A program made the position numbers and the translations under genes. DNA of 64,000 nt. Origin: an uncultured Bacilli bacterium (GTDB lineage Bacteria; Bacillota_I; Bacilli_A; RFN20; CAG-288). The stretch is taken from assembly GCA_944371605.1 (NCBI GenBank), contig CALVXU010000002.1, positions 27,754 through 91,753 of the forward strand, given 5' to 3'. Below are positions 20,431 through 29,993 of this stretch, piece by piece; within the stretch, counting starts at the first letter, position 1, and every line of letters starts with the position of its first letter. The notes under the pieces were generated by a model, which was not told the DNA's origin, ran no database searches, and worked only from the letters and a program-made list of their open reading frames with translations.

Positions 20431-22116
20431 CTAAAATCCAATATTTTCTGGTAAAGTGAGATTATAGATTCTCACAATCGCATTTGTTTGAGGAACAAAT
20501 GCAATACGTTGGCCATAAGTACCTGTTGAAAAATTAAGATTGATGAAACCATCTTTGTAACTCACCAATTTTGGTGTCGCTTTTTGAGTGAATTCAATAG
20601 CCTTATCATCAATTGTTAAAGAGAACTGAAGATTATTAGCATCCACACGGTTGACAGTTATTTTAACATCATATTTTGTTTCACCATCCAATTTCAATTC
20701 AACCGGTGCCTCGAATAAGACTTCAGAATTCTCAGCTCCATAGAAGGCATTTTTCAAAGAAATTTTGTCTTCTTCAAAGGTTAAGTAAACACCGGCCGCC
20801 CCGTTTTGACTATAAGCTGCTGGAAGATTAGCAGTTCCGAATAAAATCATATCAAAAGCTTTTTTGGATGACATATTCAAAGTCCATGAATATGATTTGT
20901 TATAAACTTCTTGATCATTGAGAGTTGAACCTTTATCGCCTAAATGAACATTTTTACTCTTACCTTTGACATAGAAGAAATCAAATCTAGCTGGATTCTT
21001 AAATTTTAGAGCGCTATTCATCTCAACTGGTTGCTCACCTTTGTCATCACCAGCAGCAAACTTTGTCCAATTGCTTGGCTCAAAGAAATCCTTGCCGTTA
21101 ATCATGACTTCAGGTAAAGGTGCAGCATCGGGATCTTGAACTTCATCATCTGGTTCTTCAGGCTCTGGTTCTTCTGCGACAAGAGTTCCCTCTGGGAAAG
21201 AATAAGTGCCATCAGTTTTCATAATGTATTCTTCACCATTAAAGGTAAAAGAGAATTCTGATTTATCTTCGCTAACATCATAACCGCTCTCTTCTACTAA
21301 AGCTGGAAGAGTAAAAGTATTACTCTTTGAATGTTCAGTGCAAGCGAGATTGATAGTCCCGGCTTCAGATACTGTTGGTAAATCAATAGTGACCACTGTA
21401 TCATCTTCCCACCAGTTCGGTGTGAACCCAGTGATATTAGCAGAAGTCTTGATGTTGATATAATCAAGGTTACAGACGCCAGACAAAACACTCATGACTA
21501 ATAAGTTATGTCCTTCTTTAATAGTGAGAGGAACTTCAACATTTTGAATGCAAGTATAGTTGTTGCCACCTTTCACTTGATCTTCTGTGGCAGCTGGAAC
21601 GACGACATCAGCATCAACAGGATTATCATTGATAGTGATATCATACATCGCTGAAAGATTTCTTTCAGTCCAAGCAGTTCCAGAATAAGCAGATGCGACT
21701 GCTACTTCTAATTTGCACTTATAAGCCTTATCAGAATCGAATTCAAAAATGTATTTATTGTTAGTATTGGTGACATTTCTGATGATTGCCGAATCAGAAA
21801 ACGAAAGATCAAAGAAGAATGATTGAGCGATACATTTTCCACCTAAAGATGAATTGCTGGCAGTAGAAACACCATTGAATTGGGCAGCCTCAGCATCAAA
21901 GATATGATCTTTTAATTCGCCAGTATCTTCAGGCGTGTTATCAATGACAGGGGTTGAGCTATCTTCTGGATATTCATTGGTAGGAAGCATAGGTTTATTC
22001 GAATCATACGTTTTAGATGAATCGGAAGGTGAACAACTAGTGATAGCAAATGAAACAGGAAGTAAAAGCAAAGCAAGCAAACCTTTAGACATAACATTCA
22101 TATTTTTATTTCTCAT
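20431..22116 (-). CDS. Surface lipoprotein with a CBM6/35-like carbohydrate-binding module and a C-terminal lectin/LamG-like domain
   Basis: Lipobox FAITSC followed by a Ser/Pro-rich linker. FDAEAAQFNGVS...GKCIAQSF resembles the start of a CBM6/35. RBS GGAGAG lies 14 nt after the GH3 stop, so it is co-transcribed. Confidence 0.6.
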   Translation of the reverse strand: MRNKNMNVMSKGLLALLLLPVSFAITSCSPSDSSKTYDSNKPMLPTNEYPEDSSTPVIDNTPEDTGELKDHIFDAEAAQFNGVSTASNSSLGGKCIAQSFFFDLSFSDSAIIRNVTNTNNKYIFEFDSDKAYKCKLEVAVASAYSGTAWTERNLSAMYDITINDNPVDADVVVPAATEDQVKGGNNYTCIQNVEVPLTIKEGHNLLVMSVLSGVCNLDYINIKTSANITGFTPNWWEDDTVVTIDLPTVSEAGTINLACTEHSKSNTFTLPALVEESGYDVSEDKSEFSFTFNGEEYIMKTDGTYSFPEGTLVAEEPEPEEPDDEVQDPDAAPLPEVMINGKDFFEPSNWTKFAAGDDKGEQPVEMNSALKFKNPARFDFFYVKGKSKNVHLGDKGSTLNDQEVYNKSYSWTLNMSSKKAFDMILFGTANLPAAYSQNGAAGVYLTFEEDKISLKNAFYGAENSEVLFEAPVELKLDGETKYDVKITVNRVDANNLQFSLTIDDKAIEFTQKATPKLVSYKDGFINLNFSTGTYGQRIAFVPQTNAIVRIYNLTLPENIGF

Positions 22117-22130
22117 TTTGCGCTCTCCTA

Positions 22131-25100
22131 TCAGTTTTTCTTTTGCTTAAATCTCATCACCAAACTGATCGTTAACATCGCACCACATCCGACAGTCGTA
22201 GTAGCAAAGAAGCCGATCAAACAATATAAGGCGATTTGCCAAGGCGGTGTCAAAGTTTCGACAATAGATTCACGAGTGATGCCGTTAAAGGTATGAGTAT
22301 GAGCGACATTATAAATAATAATCTTGCTAGATTCTCTTAAACATTTAGCAAAATCAGGGTCATTTTCATAGCCGGAAAACCAGCTGGGGTTACCATTGCC
22401 ATCAAAGGAGTTAGTGCCAGCGAAGACAGCATCAGGCTTAGACATAAATTTGTTTTCAACCCAGTCAGTGATATTGATGCCATCCCATCCCCATTCTTCT
22501 CTTAAGATGTTAGTCTGTAATTCTTTACACATACCAGACCATTGAGTACCACATCTAGTGAAAGAATTCATAGTTCCAGAAGCTTCGCCATCAGTGAAAA
22601 TGATTTCGAAAGCTTTGAGATAGTTTTCTCTAGCAGCTTGTTCATTAGACCAAATGCCGCAATAATGACGATAAGTTTCCATATCGTTGAAGGCGAAATG
22701 TTTGATATAAGCGATGCTGCCTTTATTTTCAATACCTTTGACTTGAGCGGCACCGATGAGGCCAGATAAGACTGGGTCTTCTGAATAATATTCCCAGTTT
22801 CTGCCACCGAATGGTGAGCGATGTAAGTTACCACCAGGTCCATAAATACCATTGTATCCGAGATATAACATGTCTTCGCTCATATGCTGACCGATTTCTT
22901 CAACGATATCAGTGTTGAAAGTAGAAGCTAAAACAGGAGCACTCGGATAGCATGTATAATACCAATCTTTGACATCTTTATTAGGAATTTGCCAATTAGA
23001 CTCACCTCTCTTAGTTATACCGACAGGTCCATTTTCTTGGCGTGAAGAAGGTAAAGCGATGCTCTCAGCAGCATTCAATTGGTGATAAGCATTAGCGCAA
23101 AGCTGAGCTTGCTCAGTCCAAGACATCTGGTCTAAAAGTTGGTTCCATTTAGCTTCCCATTCCTCAGACCATCCTTCAGAATATTCATTCAAGGGTGCAT
23201 CGATGAAGTCAGCAGCGACAAGATCGCCATTATTCACATCTGGCTTTCCATTTGTGGAACCGCTGGCAAATTTACTATATGTCGGCATATTATCAGGATC
23301 ATTTTTGGGTGAAACATGAGTGACAGCTAAATCATCCTTCATACCATCAGTGAAATTTAAAGCGACTGGTTCTGGATAGGTTTCTTCCCAGTTTTGTCTT
23401 GATAAATAAGTGACTTTATTATCTCCTTTATTCTCATACTTATTTATATCCATATTATCTAATTGATTATGAATCGCTTTGCCAGTTTGTCTTGAAGTTT
23501 TAAATGCTTCCTTATCTTCAGATAATGTTAATTTAGTGGCAAAATCTTTACCCATTTCAACTTCTCTGGAACCAGCCATCACTGTTTCGGCAGTCGGAGT
23601 TTCGCCTTGGGCAGCTAAAACATTATTAGCCGCGATATGAGAATCAGTAGCTGCTGTCAGATAATAATCTCCGCCTTCTAATATATAGCGTCCTTCAGTC
23701 CCATCCTCATTCTTATATGTGGAATCATAAGTCTTGAAATAATCTAAAGGTACAGAAATGGTCAAATCTTCATGGGCATTAGGTTGTAATTCTTCAGTTT
23801 TATCAAAACCGACTAATTCAACACCTGCGACTTCGATATCATGTTCCTTATCATAATCAGTATAAGGTTTAGAAAGATATACTTGGACGACTTCTTTGCT
23901 AGGCACATCACCAGTATTAGTTACAGTCAAAGAAACCTCATAGCTCTGTTTATCTTCAGAAAGCTTTACATCATAATTGCTATAAGAAAAGGTAGAATAA
24001 CTGAGACCATAGCCGAATGGGAATGCGACTTCTTGATCATAATTCCATCCGCTAGTCGAATTATAGGCGCCAGCATTTGATAAAGCACCTGTTCCAGAAG
24101 GATCGCTTATTCCATCCATATATCTGGTTTCGAAGTATTTATAACCGATGTAAATGCCTTCTTGATAAACCATATAGTGTCCTTGATAACGTTCACTCTC
24201 AAGAGCACCATTGATGTTAGAATAGGTGAATTTATCATCATTTAATGTGGAAGGATGTGAGAAAAGATTATAAGCTAAAGTATCTGCTAAGCGTCCTGAA
24301 GGACTCTTATTACCGATCAAGATTTCAGCTAAAGCATTGACACCAGAAGTTCCAGCTTCTCCCATATAGATAGCTGCATCAATATTATCGATATATGGCT
24401 GTAAATCCTTCATCATGAGCGGATTTCCAGTATTGATGACCAAAACAACTTTCTTAAAACGTGAATCAGAAGTGACATTTTGCAAGAGGTCTTTTTCTTC
24501 TTGAGTGAGGGCTAAATAGCCACCATCTTCAGTAGCAACGCCATCTTGGCTGGTATGTAAATCACCATTTTCACCACCAGTTCTAGAGATGAAAATCAAA
24601 GCGGCATCATTATATTCACCAAAAGAGTTCTTCACTTCATCAGTATATTTTGACCAAGGGACTTCATCTATTACACCTGGGCCTGATTCACTATAATTGG
24701 TCTTTCCACGCCCATGACCGGAGCCAGCACCGATATTATAAAAGTTCCAAAGAGTATCATTGACTTGAAAATATCTATTCAATGCTTCTTTTAAAGTGGT
24801 TCTAGCATTTTTTCCTTCTTGAGTGACAGTATCGATATGACCTGATCCTGTACCTGATTCAACGATGTCTACAGAAGAGTGGCTCAAACAGCTCAATTTA
24901 TTATTTTCAGCTAATGGTAATGCTGGTTTACCCTCGACATCCTTATTCCAAAGAAGAGTCATGCCTTCGCTAGCTGCTTCACGAATCATTCTCTTATTTT
25001 CATTGAAGAAGCCTTCTCCATTCGGGTTAGCCCAATCAGATTCATAACGCATGCGCTCAGTAGTTCCTATGACTTTTGAAGGGTTGAAACCAAATACCAT

Positions 25101-25214
25101 ATTGATGGCTGCAGATCCTTCATTGATCGCATAATAAGAACCGATTGCACTAGCTGTTAAAAGCACAGCTGAAACACTGGTGAGCACAGTCCATAAAGTA
25201 GTACGTATTTTCAT
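22131..25214 (-). CDS. Glycoside hydrolase family 3 (beta-glucosidase/xylosidase-like), membrane-anchored, permuted domain order
   Basis: GH3 alpha/beta-sandwich motifs (KVVLVINTGNPL, AAIYMGEAGTSGVNALAEILIGNKSPSGRL, FPFGYGLSYSTF) and an FnIII-like module (VVQVYLSKPY) come before the TIM-barrel motifs (KHFAFNDMETYR, GINITDW). N-terminal signal/anchor and a C-terminal TM helix. Confidence 0.88.
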   Translation of the reverse strand: MKIRTTLWTVLTSVSAVLLTASAIGSYYAINEGSAAINMVFGFNPSKVIGTTERMRYESDWANPNGEGFFNENKRMIREAASEGMTLLWNKDVEGKPALPLAENNKLSCLSHSSVDIVESGTGSGHIDTVTQEGKNARTTLKEALNRYFQVNDTLWNFYNIGAGSGHGRGKTNYSESGPGVIDEVPWSKYTDEVKNSFGEYNDAALIFISRTGGENGDLHTSQDGVATEDGGYLALTQEEKDLLQNVTSDSRFKKVVLVINTGNPLMMKDLQPYIDNIDAAIYMGEAGTSGVNALAEILIGNKSPSGRLADTLAYNLFSHPSTLNDDKFTYSNINGALESERYQGHYMVYQEGIYIGYKYFETRYMDGISDPSGTGALSNAGAYNSTSGWNYDQEVAFPFGYGLSYSTFSYSNYDVKLSEDKQSYEVSLTVTNTGDVPSKEVVQVYLSKPYTDYDKEHDIEVAGVELVGFDKTEELQPNAHEDLTISVPLDYFKTYDSTYKNEDGTEGRYILEGGDYYLTAATDSHIAANNVLAAQGETPTAETVMAGSREVEMGKDFATKLTLSEDKEAFKTSRQTGKAIHNQLDNMDINKYENKGDNKVTYLSRQNWEETYPEPVALNFTDGMKDDLAVTHVSPKNDPDNMPTYSKFASGSTNGKPDVNNGDLVAADFIDAPLNEYSEGWSEEWEAKWNQLLDQMSWTEQAQLCANAYHQLNAAESIALPSSRQENGPVGITKRGESNWQIPNKDVKDWYYTCYPSAPVLASTFNTDIVEEIGQHMSEDMLYLGYNGIYGPGGNLHRSPFGGRNWEYYSEDPVLSGLIGAAQVKGIENKGSIAYIKHFAFNDMETYRHYCGIWSNEQAARENYLKAFEIIFTDGEASGTMNSFTRCGTQWSGMCKELQTNILREEWGWDGINITDWVENKFMSKPDAVFAGTNSFDGNGNPSWFSGYENDPDFAKCLRESSKIIIYNVAHTHTFNGITRESIVETLTPPWQIALYCLIGFFATTTVGCGAMLTISLVMRFKQKKN

Positions 25215-25270
25215 CACGCTTTCTCCTTTCTATTCGATAAACTTTGCGATTCAAATCTGATGCTATCCTA

Positions 25271-25300
25271 ATAAAGAAAAAATAACTAGCCAAGTTATTT
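25271..25300 (-). terminator. Weak AT-rich hairpin plus T-tract between the histidine kinase and GH3 genes (possible partial terminator)
   Basis: Minus strand reads AAATAACT-tggct-AGTTATTT followed by TTTCTTTATT. A second hairpin, GTATTGAA-gcgct-TTCAATAC, lies at 25330-25350. Confidence 0.3.
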
Positions 25301-25351
25301 GGCGTAAATTCTTCAGCAAATGTCGTAAAGTATTGAAAGCGCTTCAATACA

Positions 25352-26707
25352 TTATTCAGCTTTTTTAAACGGGATGATGATATCTAAATTGAAGATATCT
25401 CCTTTTAAAGAAACGGTTAATTCACCACCATATTTTTCGGCAATTCTTTTCATGCTGAGCATGCCAAAGCCGTGATAATTGGTATCTTTTGAGGTCACAG
25501 GAAGTCCGTCCTTGAGCTCCAAATCTCCTCGGAAATAGTTTTCGACATGTATTATCAACATATCAGCGACTTTTCTAGCGATGACATTCACGCATCTCTT
25601 ATCTTTATCAGCGATTTTTTCCACGCTTTCGATAGCATTAGAAATCGCATTTCCAAAAAGCGCATACACATCAAAGTTATCCATGAACGATACCAATTTT
25701 CCATTGACGACACATGTCAACTGAATATCATGAGAATCACAGATCAACTTTTTCTGTGTCAATAAAACATCTAATTCATCATTTCCAGTTTTAATAGCAG
25801 AATCATAAATCATGATGGCATGTTCAATCTCTTGAATATTTTTTTCAGAGCCATCATGTCTTAACGAAGCGATTTGATGTTTGAGGTCATGGCATTTGAT
25901 ATTTATGAGTTCGATGTTCTCTTTGCTCAGTTCATACTGTTTGCGCTCATTTCGTAAAATCTCAGACATCATGTCCACTTCTAAAGCCATGTTCTCATTC
26001 TTCTTGATATCAAAAATCGTCGAGATTATGAGTCCACAACAGAGCACAGCATAAACCGAGTTAGAAATAATCGAAATAACGGTCTGCTGTTCAGGAATGT
26101 CGATTGTAAGTCTGGACATGCCTATACAAACGATTGTCACCACAAAAGCCATGATGGCTTTTCTCAAGTTGTCAGCATTTCTTTCGATATCGTTTGAAAA
26201 CTTTTTGATAAAGAAAAAATAAAAAATAAGATAGATGACAGCAAAGATTAAAAATTCTACTACTAATGACATATATGGTCCGATTGGGTTTTCATAAAAA
26301 TAATTCGGAATAGTACATAGACGAGTGATACTTCGAGCGATGTGTTGCAATGCATATCCGCCAGAACATAAAAACAAAGCTTGAGTAAATTTGATTTTAA
26401 AACTTAAAAACACAGTCAAAATTGTCATCAAAAATATGAGTAGATAAAAGAATAGATTAAAAATAGAAGTCCCCACTATTTGATCAGTGCTGATGCTATC
26501 TCCATATGTGAACCACTTATGCATGATAGATGAGTAAGCTATTTCAGTAAAAATGGTGATATAAATAGAAGTGAATCCACACAATAAAAAAATCAGCCAA
26601 AAATATGGTCTCTTAGGTACGCTTTTAACAAATAAAAACTCAGCCAATAATATTTCGACAACCAAAATGGATGGGGTAAAAAAAGAGATGACTTGACTAA
26701 CGTTCAT
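25352..26707 (-). CDS. AgrC/ComD-like GHKL sensor histidine kinase (polytopic N-terminal sensor)
   Basis: Six to seven TM helices. H-box KCHDLKHQIASL. C-terminal HATPase_c_5-type domain (GNAISNAIES ... GFGMLSMKRIAEKYGG). ATGA overlap with the response regulator gene. Confidence 0.85.
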   Translation of the reverse strand: MNVSQVISFFTPSILVVEILLAEFLFVKSVPKRPYFWLIFLLCGFTSIYITIFTEIAYSSIMHKWFTYGDSISTDQIVGTSIFNLFFYLLIFLMTILTVFLSFKIKFTQALFLCSGGYALQHIARSITRLCTIPNYFYENPIGPYMSLVVEFLIFAVIYLIFYFFFIKKFSNDIERNADNLRKAIMAFVVTIVCIGMSRLTIDIPEQQTVISIISNSVYAVLCCGLIISTIFDIKKNENMALEVDMMSEILRNERKQYELSKENIELINIKCHDLKHQIASLRHDGSEKNIQEIEHAIMIYDSAIKTGNDELDVLLTQKKLICDSHDIQLTCVVNGKLVSFMDNFDVYALFGNAISNAIESVEKIADKDKRCVNVIARKVADMLIIHVENYFRGDLELKDGLPVTSKDTNYHGFGMLSMKRIAEKYGGELTVSLKGDIFNLDIIIPFKKAE

Positions 26708-27432
26708 ATACTTCCCCCGAAATATTTAGCTACTTCTTGAACAAATGTTTTTCTTTTCGGTTGGGAAATCTTAAGTCTATCATCGGTTCCATTCAGAACA
26801 ACTTCATCGTTATCAATAGATTTAACATAAGCTAGGTTAACTAAATAACAAGAATTGCATAAAGTAAAATAACAATCTTTCAACTTTTCATACATAGCTG
26901 AAATTGTTCCTCTTAATGTCAATTTATCTTCTTTCAAATGAATTATCAAGTTATGATTATGAACTTCGATATAAAGAATATCATCGGCCGAGATACGCAT
27001 AATACTATTTTTAGTATTAAAGACGATAGTCTTACTAGTATCTTGCTTGATTTTTTTATGTTCAACAATTTTGCAAAGACGTTCTAATTTCAAGGCAAGA
27101 GTTGAGTAGGACACTGGTTTTAGCACAAAGTCCATCGCATCAACTTCATAACCTTCGATAGCATATTGAGCTAGATTTGTGACAAAGACGATAACGACCT
27201 CAGCATCCTGTTTTCTAATCATATGAGCAGCGCTCATACCATTTATCATCGGCAATTGAATATCGACAAAAATAATATCAGCGTCAGATTTATATTCTTC
27301 TAACAACTTCACCGCATTATCATAACGGGTGATCTTAAAAGAATATTTGCTATCTTTTTCAAATCTTTTTAAACAAGATATAAGCTTTTCAGCAGCGATA
27401 TCTTCATCTTCTAAAACAATCACATTAATCAT
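26704..27432 (-). CDS. LytTR-family response regulator (REC + LytTR DNA-binding domain)
   Basis: REC domain (VIVLEDEDI, IIFVDIQLPMINGM, VIVFVTN, LKP). C-terminal LytTR domain (ILYIEVHNHNLIIHLKEDKLTLRGTISAMYEKL). Confidence 0.9.
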   Translation of the reverse strand: MINVIVLEDEDIAAEKLISCLKRFEKDSKYSFKITRYDNAVKLLEEYKSDADIIFVDIQLPMINGMSAAHMIRKQDAEVVIVFVTNLAQYAIEGYEVDAMDFVLKPVSYSTLALKLERLCKIVEHKKIKQDTSKTIVFNTKNSIMRISADDILYIEVHNHNLIIHLKEDKLTLRGTISAMYEKLKDCYFTLCNSCYLVNLAYVKSIDNDEVVLNGTDDRLKISQPKRKTFVQEVAKYFGGSI

Positions 27433-27464
27433 CACATCATTTCCTTCATACTCTTATAATCTAT

Positions 27465-28223
27465 TCATTTTATATTTAATCTGACAACATATCCTCTCAA
27501 CAAGTAGATGACAATGATATGATCGATATCTCTATCTAAAAACTTATCATTTAAATCAAATATGATGTCTTTTAACATATCTTTAAGTTGCTCTGATGAA
27601 AAAGCATCTGCATTGACAGGGATGACTAGTCCTTTATCATAGGTGAAATAAGGATTCGCTAAATCCAATATATTGTTTGCGATCAAAAAAGGATCTATAG
27701 AAGCCACAGTTAAAAATGATTGGAACAACTCTCTAATAAATAGGACTACTTGATGAAAGATTTGCTCTTTATTCTTTTTGAATATTTGGAATACTTTACT
27801 ATTTAATCCATCGTTCTTTTTAGCTAATTTCAAAACAGCCATCGTCGACAATTTTGCTAAAAGTAAAGCTAAATCGATATTCTCTTTATCGAAGAAAAAA
27901 TGATTGATAGTCAATAAAACATCTTCTTTTTCTTTGATAGCTTTATCTTTTTCGACAGTCAGATTTGAGATGATCTGTGAAAAGTGAACTTGATATTGAT
28001 TATAAGCATTATGAGAAGCTTCTTTGCCCATGGCTTTAGCAATTATCAAATGTTCGACATATGAGAACAAAAGAATAGCTAATTTGTTTTCAATGCTATC
28101 ATCGATATGAATTTTTGAAGCGGAATTATTAAAAATAGAGGAGACTTTTTGGCCGCCATTATAAAATATGATGTCCTCATCTTTTACCGCTGATAAAGAT
28201 AAAATAATATCTTCTTTAGTCAT
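27465..28223 (-). CDS. Uncharacterised 252-aa soluble, predicted helical protein; first gene of the LytTR two-component operon
   Basis: Long ORF with coding-like composition, same strand and 29 nt upstream of the RR gene. No TM helix and no motif I recognise. Confidence 0.55.
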   Translation of the reverse strand: MTKEDIILSLSAVKDEDIIFYNGGQKVSSIFNNSASKIHIDDSIENKLAILLFSYVEHLIIAKAMGKEASHNAYNQYQVHFSQIISNLTVEKDKAIKEKEDVLLTINHFFFDKENIDLALLLAKLSTMAVLKLAKKNDGLNSKVFQIFKKNKEQIFHQVVLFIRELFQSFLTVASIDPFLIANNILDLANPYFTYDKGLVIPVNADAFSSEQLKDMLKDIIFDLNDKFLDRDIDHIIVIYLLRGYVVRLNIK

Positions 28224-28234
28224 AATGTAGACAA

Positions 28235-28261
28235 ATTATAACATATAAACGCGTTTATCAA
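28235..28261 (-). promoter_or_regulatory. Near-consensus promoter (TTGATA-15 nt-TATAAT) ending 11 nt before the ATG of the 252-aa gene; the spacer contains the palindrome AAACGCGTTT
   Basis: Minus-strand read: TTGATAaacgcgtttatatgtTATAATttgtctacattATG. No Shine-Dalgarno between the -10 and the ATG. Confidence 0.45.
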
Positions 28262-28354
28262 TCAGTCTCAAATAGAAGAAATCATATATTTTGTTAATTT
28301 AAATGAGTGGGTGAAACAAATCGATAGTATATAATTTTGATGAGGTATAGAAAC

Positions 28355-29887
28355 ATGGGTCAACAAAAGATTGTTGTTTTAGATTTTGGTGGTCAGTACA
28401 ACGAGCTCATCGCTAGAAGGATAAGACAATGCCATGTCTATTCAGAAGTGCTTCCTTATAATACAAATATCAAAACACTCCAAGATGCTGATATCTTAGG
28501 AATAGTTTTTACAGGTGGTCCTAATTCAGTATATAAGCAGGAGTCACCACATATTTCTAAAGATATTTTTAAATTAAAAAAACCTATTTTAGGTATATGC
28601 TACGGCGCACAACTGATCGCCTATGAACTCAACGGAATGGTTGAAACTGCACCAGTTTCAGAATATGGACGTATTGAAATCAGTAAGAAAAATGACTCCA
28701 AATTATTAAAAGGAATAAGTGAAAACACTGAAGTCTTTATGTCACATACCGATTTCGTCAGCCGATTGCCTGAAGGATTTATCGTCACTTCGTCTTCTAA
28801 AAATTGTCCAATAGCTTCTTTTGAAAATGACAACTTAAACATATATGCCACCCAATTTCATCCTGAAGTGAGCCACACGGTTGAAGGTCAAAAGATAATC
28901 GAAAACTTCGTGTATAACATCGTCAAAGCCAAGCCGACGTGGAAACCCGAATCTTTTGTCAAGACCAAAATTCAAGAGATAAAAGAAAAAGTGAATGATG
29001 GCACTGTCTTATTAGGTTTATCTGGTGGCGTTGATTCATCTGTCACAGCAGCTTTATTGAGTAAAGCGATAGGAAAGAAACTATATTGTGTCTTTGTTGA
29101 CCATGGACTTTTAAGAAAAAATGAAGCTGAAGAAGTCGAAAAAGCATTCAAAGAATATGATTTAAATTTTATAAAAGTTGATGCTTCAAAACTATTTTTG
29201 AATCGTTTAAGCGGTGTGACAGACCCAGAACAAAAGCGAAAAATCGTCGGTTCTACTTTTTTAGAAGTCTTCGAAAAAGAAGCGAAAAAATTAGGTGAAA
29301 TAGATTATTTTGCACAAGGTACGATTTATCCTGATAGGATTGAGTCTGGTCTCGGCGTTTCTGCGACTATTAAATCTCATCACAATGTTGGCGGATTACC
29401 CAAAAAAATGAATTTCAAAGGTCTAATAGAGCCATTAGATAATTTGTTTAAAGATGAAGTCAGAGCTCTAGGCAAAGAGCTTGGATTGCCGGCTGACCTC
29501 ATAAATAGACAACCATTCCCTGGTCCAGGACTAAGCATTCGCATCATCGGCGAAGTCACTGAAGAAAAAGTTAAAATTGTGCAAGACGCTGACTATATTT
29601 TTAGAGAAGAGATTAAAAATGCCCAATTAGACACCACTATAAGTCAATATTTTGCCGCTTTGAGTAATCTCAAATCCGTCGGTGTCATGGGTGATAGTCG
29701 CACTTATGAATATGCCATAGTTTTAAGAGCAGTGATCACTGATAACTTCATGACTTGCAAAGCCTATCATTTTGATGAGGGATTGATGACAAAAATTGCT
29801 GATAGAATTGTAAACGAGGTCAAAGGAGTCAACCGCGTTCTCTATGATTTCACTTCAAAACCGCCAGCCACAATTGAGCTCGAATAA
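28355..29887 (+). CDS. guaA: GMP synthase (glutamine-hydrolysing)
   Basis: ATG at 28355 follows GAGG. Class-I GATase (ILGICYGAQL, FHPEV), ATP-PPase P-loop GLSGGVDSSV, conserved C-terminal dimerisation domain ending PPATIELE. Confidence 0.97.
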   Translation: MGQQKIVVLDFGGQYNELIARRIRQCHVYSEVLPYNTNIKTLQDADILGIVFTGGPNSVYKQESPHISKDIFKLKKPILGICYGAQLIAYELNGMVETAPVSEYGRIEISKKNDSKLLKGISENTEVFMSHTDFVSRLPEGFIVTSSSKNCPIASFENDNLNIYATQFHPEVSHTVEGQKIIENFVYNIVKAKPTWKPESFVKTKIQEIKEKVNDGTVLLGLSGGVDSSVTAALLSKAIGKKLYCVFVDHGLLRKNEAEEVEKAFKEYDLNFIKVDASKLFLNRLSGVTDPEQKRKIVGSTFLEVFEKEAKKLGEIDYFAQGTIYPDRIESGLGVSATIKSHHNVGGLPKKMNFKGLIEPLDNLFKDEVRALGKELGLPADLINRQPFPGPGLSIRIIGEVTEEKVKIVQDADYIFREEIKNAQLDTTISQYFAALSNLKSVGVMGDSRTYEYAIVLRAVITDNFMTCKAYHFDEGLMTKIADRIVNEVKGVNRVLYDFTSKPPATIELE

Positions 29888-29993
29888 TCGATAAATATTA
29901 TTAAAGACTAATTATTAGATTTAAAATACTCACTTAATTTAAACAACTCACACATGATTAAAAACAATCTGATTGATAAAAAGATTGACAATT

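Noticed and set aside
25218-28336. AgrB/AgrD-like signal-production genes or a small autoinducing-peptide ORF near the LytTR system
   Set aside because: There is no polytopic AgrB-like ORF and no short ORF with an RBS in the flanking or intercistronic regions on either strand. Absence within this window does not exclude a locus elsewhere.
28224-28354. Purine/guanine riboswitch in the guaA leader
   Set aside because: The leader is short and AT-rich. It lacks the conserved P1-J1/2-P2-P3 core sequences of purine riboswitches.
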